Origin: Bacteroidota bacterium
GTDB taxonomy: Bacteria; Bacteroidota; Bacteroidia; Bacteroidales; CAIWKO01
Assembly: GCA_037133915.1 (NCBI GenBank)
Contig: JBAXND010000017.1
Span: 1,345 to 65,344, forward strand
Direction of reading: 5' to 3'
Length of the DNA stretch: 64,000 nt
Shown: in pieces, positions 43,414 to 52,045 of the stretch
How the letters are laid out: each line of letters opens with the position of its first letter
Position numbering within the stretch: the stretch's first letter is position 1
Program-made: the position numbers and the translations under genes
Notes under the pieces: model-generated
What the model saw: only the letters and a program-made list of their open reading frames with translations
Told to the model about the DNA's origin: nothing
Databases searched by the model: none

Positions 43414-44562
43414 ATGAGAAAAGTTTATGTTTTAATCGCATTGTTACTCGTGGCCGGAATAGCCAGCGCGCAACTGCAAGCACCTGCTTCCTTAATAAAA
43501 CAATACGGAGCTGTGCCAATGATGAGCAAACAAATTCCGATGTTCGACAATTCAAAAGCTGCCGGTGACACCGTTGGTCTGAGTTCAAATTATCTTCCTC
43601 AGATTGTACTTGCCGACTTAGTTGGTGGTTACGGTCTTACACAAACAGGTTTAGGCAAAATCGGTTACTGGTGGGGAACAAGTGGTGCTCCTGCTGATAC
43701 CGCTATGGACGTTTGGATTCAGTGCTACGAGAACACCGGTGGAACACCCATCAATGTTGCCGGTATTGGATTCTATTGCGTAAATAAAGAAGTTGTTGGT
43801 GGCAATGGTACTACCGATACTATCTTCTTCCTCCTGAACAAACTGTTACCCGATGGTTGCGGTATTGGTTACAGCAGCGGTACCTGGACATACGGCCCGG
43901 GACCTCAATTCTACTATTCAACAACTGCTCCTGACGGAACACTCCTCGGATCAACCTACATGACACTTGCAGATGTTGACACCACCCTCACAAACGGTTT
44001 AGTGTTCAACTATATGCCTTTCCCAAGTCCTATCCTCGTTTCCGGTTCAAATCCTGATGGTTTTGCAATCACAGCCGATTTTCACCAACCCCGCGTAAAT
44101 GGTGATACCATTTATCTGATTTGCGATAATAACGGTGACGGACAGCAGCTCATGTACAGCCAGAGTGCTTATGTTATGCCTGACTTCTCATCATACTATG
44201 CCCCCACATCAAACTACTTTACCTACAATGGTACAGCAGGTGGTCTTGACAACGACGGAGCTCTCTTCGCAGTTATCAGCGGCAATATTGGCGTGAATGA
44301 TAATTTTTTCCAGGGCATGAAACTCAGCTCAAGAAATACATCAGAAGGCCAAACCATTCTTGATTATTCAATCGAAAATGCAGGCAATGTTACTTTCAAA
44401 ATTCATGATATCGCCGGCAAATATGTAGCTGGTTATATGGAAGGCAACAAAGCAGCCGGTAATTATTCACTGAATCTGAATACCAACCTGCCTACAGGCG
44501 AATACCTTGTTATTATGACTGCAGGTGGCAAAATGATGGGCGAAAAAATCTTTGTTCGCTAG
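43414..44562 (+). CDS. Secreted protein of unknown function with T9SS C-terminal sorting domain
   Basis: 382 aa with a signal peptide (MRKVYVLIALLLVAGIASAQ) and a CTD-like C-terminus (NVTFKIHDIAGKYV...GEYLVIMTAGGKMMGEKIFVR). Confidence 0.7.
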   Translation: MRKVYVLIALLLVAGIASAQLQAPASLIKQYGAVPMMSKQIPMFDNSKAAGDTVGLSSNYLPQIVLADLVGGYGLTQTGLGKIGYWWGTSGAPADTAMDVWIQCYENTGGTPINVAGIGFYCVNKEVVGGNGTTDTIFFLLNKLLPDGCGIGYSSGTWTYGPGPQFYYSTTAPDGTLLGSTYMTLADVDTTLTNGLVFNYMPFPSPILVSGSNPDGFAITADFHQPRVNGDTIYLICDNNGDGQQLMYSQSAYVMPDFSSYYAPTSNYFTYNGTAGGLDNDGALFAVISGNIGVNDNFFQGMKLSSRNTSEGQTILDYSIENAGNVTFKIHDIAGKYVAGYMEGNKAAGNYSLNLNTNLPTGEYLVIMTAGGKMMGEKIFVR

Positions 44563-44588
44563 TTTCAGAACACACCATTTTAAAAAAA

Positions 44589-44620
44589 GCTGTCTCGTTT
44601 TCGGGGCAGCTTTTTTTTCA
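44589..44620 (+). terminator. Rho-independent terminator
   Basis: GCTGTCTCG pairs with CGGGGCAGC (with wobble pairs) across a TTTT loop, followed by T8 and preceded by A7. Confidence 0.7.
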
Positions 44621-44630
44621 GGCAATAGAT

Positions 44631-44700
44631 AATAGGTAATAAGTAATAAGTAACAGGTAATAGGTAATAAGTAACAGGTAATAGTGAACAGTTAACAGGT
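44631..44700 (+). repeat. Heptanucleotide tract AAYARGT x10
   Basis: Reads aataggt aataagt aataagt aacaggt aataggt aataagt aacaggt aatagtg aacagtt aacaggt, with a strict 7-bp register. Confidence 0.95.
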
Positions 44701-44807
44701 ATTTGAGTTAATAGTGAAAATGCAGACCGTCATTGTGGGAAGGCTATCAGGCGGGAGATTTCAAACATAGATTCTTTTAGCTTTCCCAATAAAACGTGTA
44801 CCGATTG

Positions 44808-44895
44808 GACTTTCGACCTCTACCTCTGACTCTCGACTCTCGACTCTTGACTCTTGACTCTCGACTGTTTATTTATTTCTTCCCGCCAGTGGCGG
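44808..44895 (-). repeat. Heptad tract (ACTCTYG core x5, 9 units in total) followed by a CCGCC-AGT-GGCGG hairpin, 3' of the DUF4159 gene
   Basis: The heptads read gactttc gacctct acctctg actctcg actctcg actcttg actcttg actctcg actgttt (44808-44870). The hairpin lies at 44883-44895 and the gene stop is at 44927. Confidence 0.9.
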
Positions 44896-44926
44896 ATTTG
44901 CGCTTTAAGTTCTTCTTTAAAGAAGT

Positions 44927-45592
44927 CTACTTCGTAAAAACGTACTGGATAAGATTAGCACCCATTTGCAGGGCTTTGGTGCGGATTTCTTCCGAGTCTT
45001 TGTGTACTTCACGATCTTCCCATCCGTCGCCTAAATCGCATTCATAGGTGTAATAACAAACCAGACGCCCTTCATAGATTAATCCGAAGCCCTGAGCAGG
45101 TTTACCGTCGTGCTCGTGTATTTTTGGCGGGCCGCTGTTAAAATTATATTTCTGATGGTAGATGGGATGGTTAAACGGTAACTCAACAAAATCAAGCTCA
45201 GGAAAGACTTTTTTCATTTCGCGGCGTGCAAAAAGATCCAGTCCATAATTATCGTCGATATGCAGGAACCCGCCTGAAATAAGATAATCGCGCAGGTTTT
45301 TGGCTTCCTGATTGGAGAAGATTACATTTCCATGACCGGTCATGTGGACAAAAGGGTAATTGAAAATCTCTGAACTGCCAACATCTACAGTGGCATATTC
45401 AGCATTCAGCGTGGTTTTGATATTCTGATTGCAGAACTTAATCAGGTTGGTGAGCGATGTTGGATTGGCGTACCAGTCGCCGCCTCCTTTATACTTCAAT
45501 AGTGCTATTTGCACTGACTGTGCGCTGAGCGTTTGCAGTACAAAGAGGAGGAATATCAGAGATGCAATAGTTCTTTTCATTACCTTATTCAT
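44927..45592 (-). CDS. DUF4159-like secreted protein
   Basis: 221 aa with a signal peptide and motifs LKYKGGGDWYANPTSLTNL, FVHMTGHGNVIFSNQEAKNLRDYLISGGFLHIDD. The family name is assigned from memory of its motif pattern. Confidence 0.55.
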   Translation of the reverse strand: MNKVMKRTIASLIFLLFVLQTLSAQSVQIALLKYKGGGDWYANPTSLTNLIKFCNQNIKTTLNAEYATVDVGSSEIFNYPFVHMTGHGNVIFSNQEAKNLRDYLISGGFLHIDDNYGLDLFARREMKKVFPELDFVELPFNHPIYHQKYNFNSGPPKIHEHDGKPAQGFGLIYEGRLVCYYTYECDLGDGWEDREVHKDSEEIRTKALQMGANLIQYVFTK

Positions 45593-46286
45593 TAATAAAA
45601 TTTAGTATTGTACATGCAGCCAAAGCTGCTGTTTCTGTTCTTAAACGGCTTTTTCCCAAACTTATTGGACTGAATCCCGATTTCAGTGCCTGATTTATTT
45701 CATTGACTGAAAAATCTCCTTCCGGCCCGATGAGCACTAAAGCCGAATGGTTCTTTTTATAAAACTCGCCAATCGTGCTTTTTTTCTGCGGTTCGCAGTG
45801 TGCAATAAACTTAATATCTTCAGAAGCCTGTTCAATGAGTTTACTGAATGCTGTGGCTTCTGAAAGTACAGGCAGGGTGGCGCGTTCCGACTGTTTCATC
45901 GCAGAAATCAAAATGCGCATAAGCCGTTCGTGATTGATGCGACTGCGTTCCGAGTGTTCACAAATAATGGGTGTGACCTGCGAAATGCCTATTTCTGTAG
46001 CTTTTTCAAGGAACCATTCCAAACGTTCTGCATTTTTGGGTGGTGCAACGGCCATGTGCAGCCTGAACGGCATGGGCGCCGGTTCTTCTGTTCTGCCGGT
46101 AATTTCTACAACACAGGCTTTGGGATTCGCTGTAATAATGGTGGCTTCGTAAAAAAATCCAAGACCATCGGTGAGTCTGATAGTATCGCCTGCCACATGC
46201 CGCAAAACCCTTACGCAATGAGTCGATTCTTCTGCATTCAGTATGCAGCCCGACGATGATATTTCCGGTGCGTAAAACAAGGTCAT
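45585..46286 (-). CDS. rsmE: 16S rRNA (uracil1498-N3)-methyltransferase
   Basis: 233 aa with MTLFYAPEI, HCVRVLRHVAGDTIRLTDGLG, LEKATEIGISQVTPI and LIGPEGDFS. Confidence 0.85.
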   Translation of the reverse strand: MTLFYAPEISSSGCILNAEESTHCVRVLRHVAGDTIRLTDGLGFFYEATIITANPKACVVEITGRTEEPAPMPFRLHMAVAPPKNAERLEWFLEKATEIGISQVTPIICEHSERSRINHERLMRILISAMKQSERATLPVLSEATAFSKLIEQASEDIKFIAHCEPQKKSTIGEFYKKNHSALVLIGPEGDFSVNEINQALKSGFSPISLGKSRLRTETAALAACTILNFINE

Positions 46287-46292
46287 GATGCG

Positions 46293-47828
46293 CTAGTTCC
46301 AGGTATAAACGGCAAATTTTGTTTTGGGCCTTTTTTTGTCAAGCCAGATAAAATCTTTCAAATACAAATCATCGCCTTTCACGTCCTTATCGGGATAAAG
46401 CGTTGCTTCCGGTTTATCGAGAAAAGAGATGGTTTTTATTTCATTATTGTTAATGTAGATTGCAAGATTACGGCTCACGGCCTTATTTGTACCAATGCGT
46501 TTCCCATTATCTTCTCTTAGGTAATAAATAGTTTCCGCGTTGGTGTATGCTTCAATTTTATAAAGTTCTCCTTCGTTAAAAAAACCTTTCATATTCAGAC
46601 TTTTCACCTGATTGTATCTGCCTGCAGTGCTGTCGTCACAGGTTATCACAAAGGCCGCACTGAATAAATCAATCATTCGCACAAGATTATTGGCAAGATG
46701 TATCACAATAGTATCTGCCTTGAGTTGCTTGTCTTCTGTCCACAACACCGGATTGTAAAACAAATTGATGGTAGAATCGCTGTAACGATATACCAGTGAG
46801 TCGGCCATTCCCTGCAAATCAGTGCGCCAGAATTTTACTTTATGAAAAGCATAAATTGTTTTTGCTTTTCGGGTGGCTGTATCAAAAGTTGCCAGCAGTG
46901 TGTCGGCATGCAGATACAGCGTGTCGCCCTTGTCGTATTGCATAAGCAGTGCGCTGTCGGTGGCCAGCGAGTATTCATGTTTCTGATCGTATCGGATAAA
47001 ATTTCCTTTGATGATGGAGCTTCGCGAAGTGTCGGTAATGGTTACATTATGATATGCCAGTCCTACGCCTGTGATTCGATTATACAGAATGCTGTCGCCG
47101 CTCATCTTCTGTTTATCGTTGCGCATCCATGCATTTTTTGTAAACTCGGAAGCATCTTTTTTGGTGTCGTACCAGCCTTTTTCGCAGTATATAAAATTCT
47201 CTTCACTTGTCATGGTAGTCGGACCAAAAAAATGCGAAATCTCTGATTTAGTATTGTACATCAGCGAATCGGAATGCATCGTATAATTGACGTTAACAAG
47301 CACGACGGAATCGTTGAAGAAAAAATCTTTTTTCTCTGAGTAGTAAAATCCAATGACGCTGGTAAGTGTATTGTCGGGATCCACAATTTTACCGCCATCG
47401 TAGTAGCGCCCCAATTTATCGCGCATGTTATACGTGAGATGTTCGGTAGTAAGTGTAATTTGGTTATCTATTAGTTTTACGTTTCTGTGCAGTTCTGCAA
47501 TTTTTGTATTCCCGTCGTAATGCAGTGAATCGCTGTAAATATTAATCGAATCATTTACTTTAATATGAACCTTGCCCAAGGCTATCAGGCTGTTTGATTC
47601 ATCGTACAGGTAGGCGCTGTCGCAATACATCAGCGTTTCTTCGTGCTGAAAAATTACGTTGCCGATAAGCCTTGTGAATTCACCTTTACTTTTATCATAC
47701 ATGGCGTTATCAGCATTCACAAGGTCTATTTTTCTTGTTTTCTGCTGCGCTTCGCACTGCGTTGCAATGAGCATACACAGCAGTGCTGCCGGGAAATAAA
47801 ATCTGTAAAATAGTTTAGAAACAAGCAT
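46293..47828 (-). CDS. OstA/LptA-like repeat protein (periplasmic or outer-membrane; LPS-transport-related fold)
   Basis: 511 aa with a signal peptide. It has repeated OstA-like beta-jellyroll segments (LIGNVIFQHEETLMYCDSAYLYDESNSLIALGKVHIKVNDSINIYSDSLHYDGNTKIAELHRNVKLID). Confidence 0.5.
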   Translation of the reverse strand: MLVSKLFYRFYFPAALLCMLIATQCEAQQKTRKIDLVNADNAMYDKSKGEFTRLIGNVIFQHEETLMYCDSAYLYDESNSLIALGKVHIKVNDSINIYSDSLHYDGNTKIAELHRNVKLIDNQITLTTEHLTYNMRDKLGRYYDGGKIVDPDNTLTSVIGFYYSEKKDFFFNDSVVLVNVNYTMHSDSLMYNTKSEISHFFGPTTMTSEENFIYCEKGWYDTKKDASEFTKNAWMRNDKQKMSGDSILYNRITGVGLAYHNVTITDTSRSSIIKGNFIRYDQKHEYSLATDSALLMQYDKGDTLYLHADTLLATFDTATRKAKTIYAFHKVKFWRTDLQGMADSLVYRYSDSTINLFYNPVLWTEDKQLKADTIVIHLANNLVRMIDLFSAAFVITCDDSTAGRYNQVKSLNMKGFFNEGELYKIEAYTNAETIYYLREDNGKRIGTNKAVSRNLAIYINNNEIKTISFLDKPEATLYPDKDVKGDDLYLKDFIWLDKKRPKTKFAVYTWN

Positions 47829-47834
47829 TATCTG

Positions 47835-49724
47835 TTACTCTTCCGCATCATTATCACTGTCCACTTTAATGAAATTACCGTTCAGGTCGAACAAAAGTAT
47901 GGTTGTTTTTTTGACTCCCTGCTTTTTCAAATCAATTTTATAGTGGTTGCCGTATTCCTCAGATGTTTTCATAAAAGCCTGCTCAATTTTATACTCAGGA
48001 TATTTAGACTTTACATATTTTGAAACGCCTGCAGGCAATTCTTTTAAATTAATTTTTTCGTCCGTATTACCTTGCGGAGTAACCGGTTCATCGGGGATTT
48101 CATTTTCCTTAATGTATTTATCGTCGGCAGGGTCTATTTTTTTCAGCAGATTTCCGGTGACGTCGAAATACAATTTAATGATATCTTTCAGCCCTTCTTT
48201 TTTAATCTCCAGATAATATACCTGCCCCAGCTCTGCATCGGCCATATAACGCGACTTTTTGATGATGTGCTCCTTGTAATTGTCCTTCATGTATTTTATA
48301 ATAGGTGTGGGCAGCTCCTTTGGATCTACTTCATCGTTCACTGTTTTTCCGGCATCTATTTTAGCGCCTCCGGCATCTACTTTATCCTGAAATTCCTGTT
48401 CTTCTTTTTCCCTTCTTTTCTGTTCGGCAGCGCTATTCGGATCGGCCAATTCCGGTTTGTCGATGTTGCGGAATTTTCCCGTTCCGTCAAATGTTACTAT
48501 AGTCATGGGCGCCGGTTTTTCCTTGCTGTGCTTGTCATACATATAAATATCGTAGTACTTGTCTTTGGGTACCTGATAATAGTATATCAATGAAATCTGT
48601 AATGAACGGTAATTATCTTTGAGATAATTGGTGATAAGCGGACTCAGACTAACCTCATCCTGTTCGATGCGTGTTTCAAGCCATACACCTTCTTCAGAAT
48701 AGGTATTCATCCCTTTTTTAGTACTGATAACGTATTTTACAATGTATTTTTTTTCTTTAAAATACCAGGATACGTTCGTGGCTTTTTTATTTTTTGTAAG
48801 GAAATGCTGCTTCGCTGTGGCAGGAACTTTGGTATCGGCAACTATATATTTTTCCCAGTCGTCTTTGGGTTGTGTCTCATTCTGTGTTTGCTGTTGTGAT
48901 TGATTTTGCGTAGGATTTACCTGGCCGTTCTTGCTGTCTTTTTTTTGTTGGTCTTCTTTTTTATCTGCTGAATTCAGCGTTTTTAAAAGTGCACCGCTTA
49001 AATCAAAATATAAATCTATCTGTCCTTTCAGTCCCTGCTGTTTAAGCACCAGATGATACACATTGCCTAGTCCGAGTTCATTGATGTATTTTGATTCCTT
49101 GATGGTGAATTCTTTGTAATTGGCTTTAATGTAGGAGTTCACCGGTGTCGGCAATTCTTTAACTGAAACGTCTGAATTAAGAGGCATTTCATTATTATCC
49201 TTGTCGCCGGTTTTAACATCGGTTTTGCCCGGATCATCAAAATCTTTTTCTATTTTAACTTCTTCGGGATCCACTTTTTTCTGAAAATTTCCCGAAAGGT
49301 CAAAATACAGTTCAATAGGGTCGGGCTGGTTGATACCTTCTTTCTTTACAAATACCTGATAAAAATTCTCCCCTTTATTATTCTTTACCAGGTCGGACGA
49401 GGCAATCACGTATTCTTGCTTTTTAAAATTTTCTTTGTAGTAATTGATAATCTGACCGGGCAATTCTTTGTCCTTGACGGTGAATCTGGTTTCAAGCCAT
49501 TTTCCGTCGGCATCAAAACGTGCTGCCGCTTCTTGATTATTCAGCGTGAATGCCGCGATGTAATCTTCCGCATCCTTACGCCACTCCTGAATTACGCCAT
49601 CAGCATATTTATACTTAAAGCTGACGACCACATCCTGTGGCACATCCGTTGCTTTGATTTGCGCGCTCAGCGCGCTTCCCATGATGACTAATAAACTTAA
49701 TAAGAAGATTGCTTTTGCTCTCAT
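47835..49724 (-). CDS. Secreted protein built from repeated PepSY-like (DUF2874-type) modules
   Basis: The signal peptide starts at ATG 49724 (MRAKAIFLLSLLVIMGSALSAQ). Several modules follow the pattern LPxxVxxYIKxNYKExxIxxxxY...YxLxLKxxGxKxxIxLYFDxxGNLLK, and a Q-rich linker reads QNQSQQQTQNETQ. The ORF-track start at 49751 is a TTG that overlaps purA. Confidence 0.55.
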   Translation of the reverse strand: MRAKAIFLLSLLVIMGSALSAQIKATDVPQDVVVSFKYKYADGVIQEWRKDAEDYIAAFTLNNQEAAARFDADGKWLETRFTVKDKELPGQIINYYKENFKKQEYVIASSDLVKNNKGENFYQVFVKKEGINQPDPIELYFDLSGNFQKKVDPEEVKIEKDFDDPGKTDVKTGDKDNNEMPLNSDVSVKELPTPVNSYIKANYKEFTIKESKYINELGLGNVYHLVLKQQGLKGQIDLYFDLSGALLKTLNSADKKEDQQKKDSKNGQVNPTQNQSQQQTQNETQPKDDWEKYIVADTKVPATAKQHFLTKNKKATNVSWYFKEKKYIVKYVISTKKGMNTYSEEGVWLETRIEQDEVSLSPLITNYLKDNYRSLQISLIYYYQVPKDKYYDIYMYDKHSKEKPAPMTIVTFDGTGKFRNIDKPELADPNSAAEQKRREKEEQEFQDKVDAGGAKIDAGKTVNDEVDPKELPTPIIKYMKDNYKEHIIKKSRYMADAELGQVYYLEIKKEGLKDIIKLYFDVTGNLLKKIDPADDKYIKENEIPDEPVTPQGNTDEKINLKELPAGVSKYVKSKYPEYKIEQAFMKTSEEYGNHYKIDLKKQGVKKTTILLFDLNGNFIKVDSDNDAEE

Positions 49725-49743
49725 GATACGGTTCTTTATACTT

Positions 49744-51039
49744 TTATACAATTGTTTTTATAATGTGTTCGCGACCCGGTCCGGTCGATACCATGGATAT
49801 TTTTTTCTGAACGTAATTTTCAATCACATCGATATATGCTGCGGTAGCAGCGGGCAATTCAGATAATGCTGTTATGCTGCCAAGGTCGGAATTCCATCCT
49901 GAATATTTTTTGTACGATGGCACTACACTTTTTTCACCAAGGTCAAACGGCAGATAATTCATTTCTTTGCCGTCTTGTGCGTAGCTTGTGCAGATTTGAA
50001 TTTCCGCAAAATTGCTCAGCACGTCTGCTTTGGTCATAATAAGTTCATCTACGCCGTTTATCATCACTGCATAATTCAGTGCCGGCAGGTCGAGCCATCC
50101 GCAACGCCTTGCACGGCCTGTAGTGGAGCCGTATTCGTTGCCTGATTTTCGCAGCTCGTCGCCCAGTTCATTTGATTGTTCCGTCGGAAAAGGACCGCTG
50201 CCCACGCGGGTGCAATAGGCTTTAAAAATGCCGTAAACCGTACCGATGCTGTGAGGCGATACGCCCAAACCGGTGCAAACGCCGCCACATACCGTATTTG
50301 AAGAAGTGACAAATGGGTAACTCCCGAATTCCAAATCAAGCAAACTTCCCTGCGCGCCTTCGGCAAGTACCGTTTTTCCGGAACGCAATGCTTCGTTGAT
50401 GAAAACTTCGGTTTCTTCGAAGCGCAGCTTCTTCATCTGCTGCACGGCATCCATCCATTTTTCTTCGTACTCCCCAAACGGAAGTCCGTCGATAAGTATG
50501 TGCCGATAATCGTGTCCGGTACTCTGGGCGGTTAGAAGGTGTGCCTGTTTAAGCTGTCCGTATTTCTGAAAAAAGCGTTCTGAAAAAATATCTCCGGCTC
50601 TGAGGCCGCTTCGCGCGGCTTTATCGGTGTAGACGGGCGATATTCCTTTAAGTGTTGAACCTATTTTAAGATTGCCTTTGATGGCTTCAAAACAGGCGTC
50701 GAGCAGCCTGTGGGAAGGAAGAATAAGATGCGCGCGTTTGGAGATTATCAGATTTTGTTCGGCGCTGATGCCAAAAGGCAAGAGGCCGGCAATTTCTTTC
50801 ATGATGATAAGCGGATCCACCACTACGCCATTGCCAATAATGTTGGTCGTGTTTTTATGAAAAATGCCGCTTGGCAATAAATGCAGAATGTGACGGCCGC
50901 CGTCGAATTCTATGGTGTGTCCTGCGTTGGGACCGCCCTGAAACCGTGCAATAATGTCATAACCGGGGCTGATTACATCAACCACCTTGCCTTTGCCTTC
51001 ATCGCCCCACTGAAGCCCGAGTATTACATCTACTTTCAT
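49744..51039 (-). CDS. purA: Adenylosuccinate synthase
   Basis: 431 aa with VILGLQWGDEGKGKVVD, GGPNAGHT, and GTTGRARRCGWLD. Confidence 0.97.
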   Translation of the reverse strand: MKVDVILGLQWGDEGKGKVVDVISPGYDIIARFQGGPNAGHTIEFDGGRHILHLLPSGIFHKNTTNIIGNGVVVDPLIIMKEIAGLLPFGISAEQNLIISKRAHLILPSHRLLDACFEAIKGNLKIGSTLKGISPVYTDKAARSGLRAGDIFSERFFQKYGQLKQAHLLTAQSTGHDYRHILIDGLPFGEYEEKWMDAVQQMKKLRFEETEVFINEALRSGKTVLAEGAQGSLLDLEFGSYPFVTSSNTVCGGVCTGLGVSPHSIGTVYGIFKAYCTRVGSGPFPTEQSNELGDELRKSGNEYGSTTGRARRCGWLDLPALNYAVMINGVDELIMTKADVLSNFAEIQICTSYAQDGKEMNYLPFDLGEKSVVPSYKKYSGWNSDLGSITALSELPAATAAYIDVIENYVQKKISMVSTGPGREHIIKTIV

Positions 51040-51054
51040 AGGTCTTATTGCAGT

Positions 51055-51507
51055 TTATTGTTCGGTCGATTTTTTACGGGCAAAAAACGTGAGTGCATGG
51101 TGTGCAATTTCTAAACCCAAAGTTTTTTCCAGAGAGCTTTTAATCTCCTGAATACGTGGATCGCAAAATTCAATCACTTCGCCCGTTTCCATAATGATGA
51201 TATGGTCGTGCTGTTTAAACTTGTATGATTTTTCGTATTGCGACGCGTTTTTTCCGAACTGGTGCTTGGTAACCAAACCGCAGTCGAGAAGCAGATCCAT
51301 AGTGTTATATAGGGTTGCGCGACTTACAGAGTAACGGCGGTTTTTCATTCTGATATAGAGTGTTTCAATATCAAAATGACCGTCGAACAGATAAATTTCT
51401 TTCAGAATAGTGTAGCGTTCCGGTGTTTTCCGGTGTTTATTCAGTTCAATGTAAGCTGTGAAAATCTGCTTTACATCGTTGAACAGCTCAGGAATTCGTT
51501 CTTTCAT
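51055..51507 (-). CDS. fur: Fur-family transcriptional regulator
   Basis: 150 aa with a winged-HTH segment ([20 protein letters not shown]) and a dimerisation/metal region ([15 protein letters not shown]). It lies immediately upstream of purA. Confidence 0.8.
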   Translation of the reverse strand: MKERIPELFNDVKQIFTAYIELNKHRKTPERYTILKEIYLFDGHFDIETLYIRMKNRRYSVSRATLYNTMDLLLDCGLVTKHQFGKNASQYEKSYKFKQHDHIIIMETGEVIEFCDPRIQEIKSSLEKTLGLEIAHHALTFFARKKSTEQ

Positions 51508-51580
51508 AGAATCGCATAATTGATCACAGGATAAAATTAATCAAATTATTCTGATTCTAAATAAGAAAATAGAAAAGGCG

Positions 51581-52009
51581 CTATTCTTTTATAATCTTCC
51601 ACTCTTTTTGGTCGTTTCCGGCTGTAAGTCTTAGGATATACAGGCCTGAGGGCAATGTGCTTATGTCAAAGGTGTTTGCAGTGCTCAGGTTTGTTCTGTT
51701 CATCAGTTCACGGCCGCCCATATCGAAAAGACCGATTTTTCCCGTAATTTCTGCCGGCAAATTCGCGATATTCACATTAAGCCGCTGTTCCACGGGATTC
51801 GGGAAAACGTTTATGGTCATCTCGCCCAATTGCTCCGAAACGGGAGTATTGGCAGCATCGGAAAGGCTGTCGTGCGATTCAAGATTTTTCATGACAACTA
51901 TTTGTCGCTTTACCCGGTTTCCGGCAGCGTCGTAGGTGTATTCGAATGTTTGTGCGCCCAGGCTCATAGCCACAAGCAGCAACATAATAACGATTGATAA
52001 TTTTTTCAT
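51581..52009 (-). CDS. Mini-protein: signal peptide, a single YD repeat and a T9SS C-terminal sorting domain
   Basis: 142 aa. The order is signal peptide MKKLSIVIMLLLVAMSLGAQ, then TFEYTYDAAGNRVKRQ (YD/RHS repeat consensus), then a CTD (INVFPNPVEQRLNVNI...GLYILRLTAGNDQKEWKIIKE). Confidence 0.65.
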   Translation of the reverse strand: MKKLSIVIMLLLVAMSLGAQTFEYTYDAAGNRVKRQIVVMKNLESHDSLSDAANTPVSEQLGEMTINVFPNPVEQRLNVNIANLPAEITGKIGLFDMGGRELMNRTNLSTANTFDISTLPSGLYILRLTAGNDQKEWKIIKE

Positions 52010-52045
52010 GACGATTTATTTGTTTAATGTTCAGGTAAATTATTT

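Noticed and set aside
44044-44054. GGTTCAAATCC, which looks like a tRNA T-arm/loop
   Set aside because: The flanking bases do not form a T-stem (TCCGG versus CCTGA) or an acceptor stem. The site lies inside a well-supported CDS and encodes SGSNPDG. I saw no convincing tRNA or rRNA gene anywhere in the window.
44796-45047. An 83-aa plus-strand ORF
   Set aside because: It starts in the heptad tract (giving LTLDSRLLTLDSRL repeats) and runs antisense into the 3' end of the DUF4159 gene, so it is an artefact.
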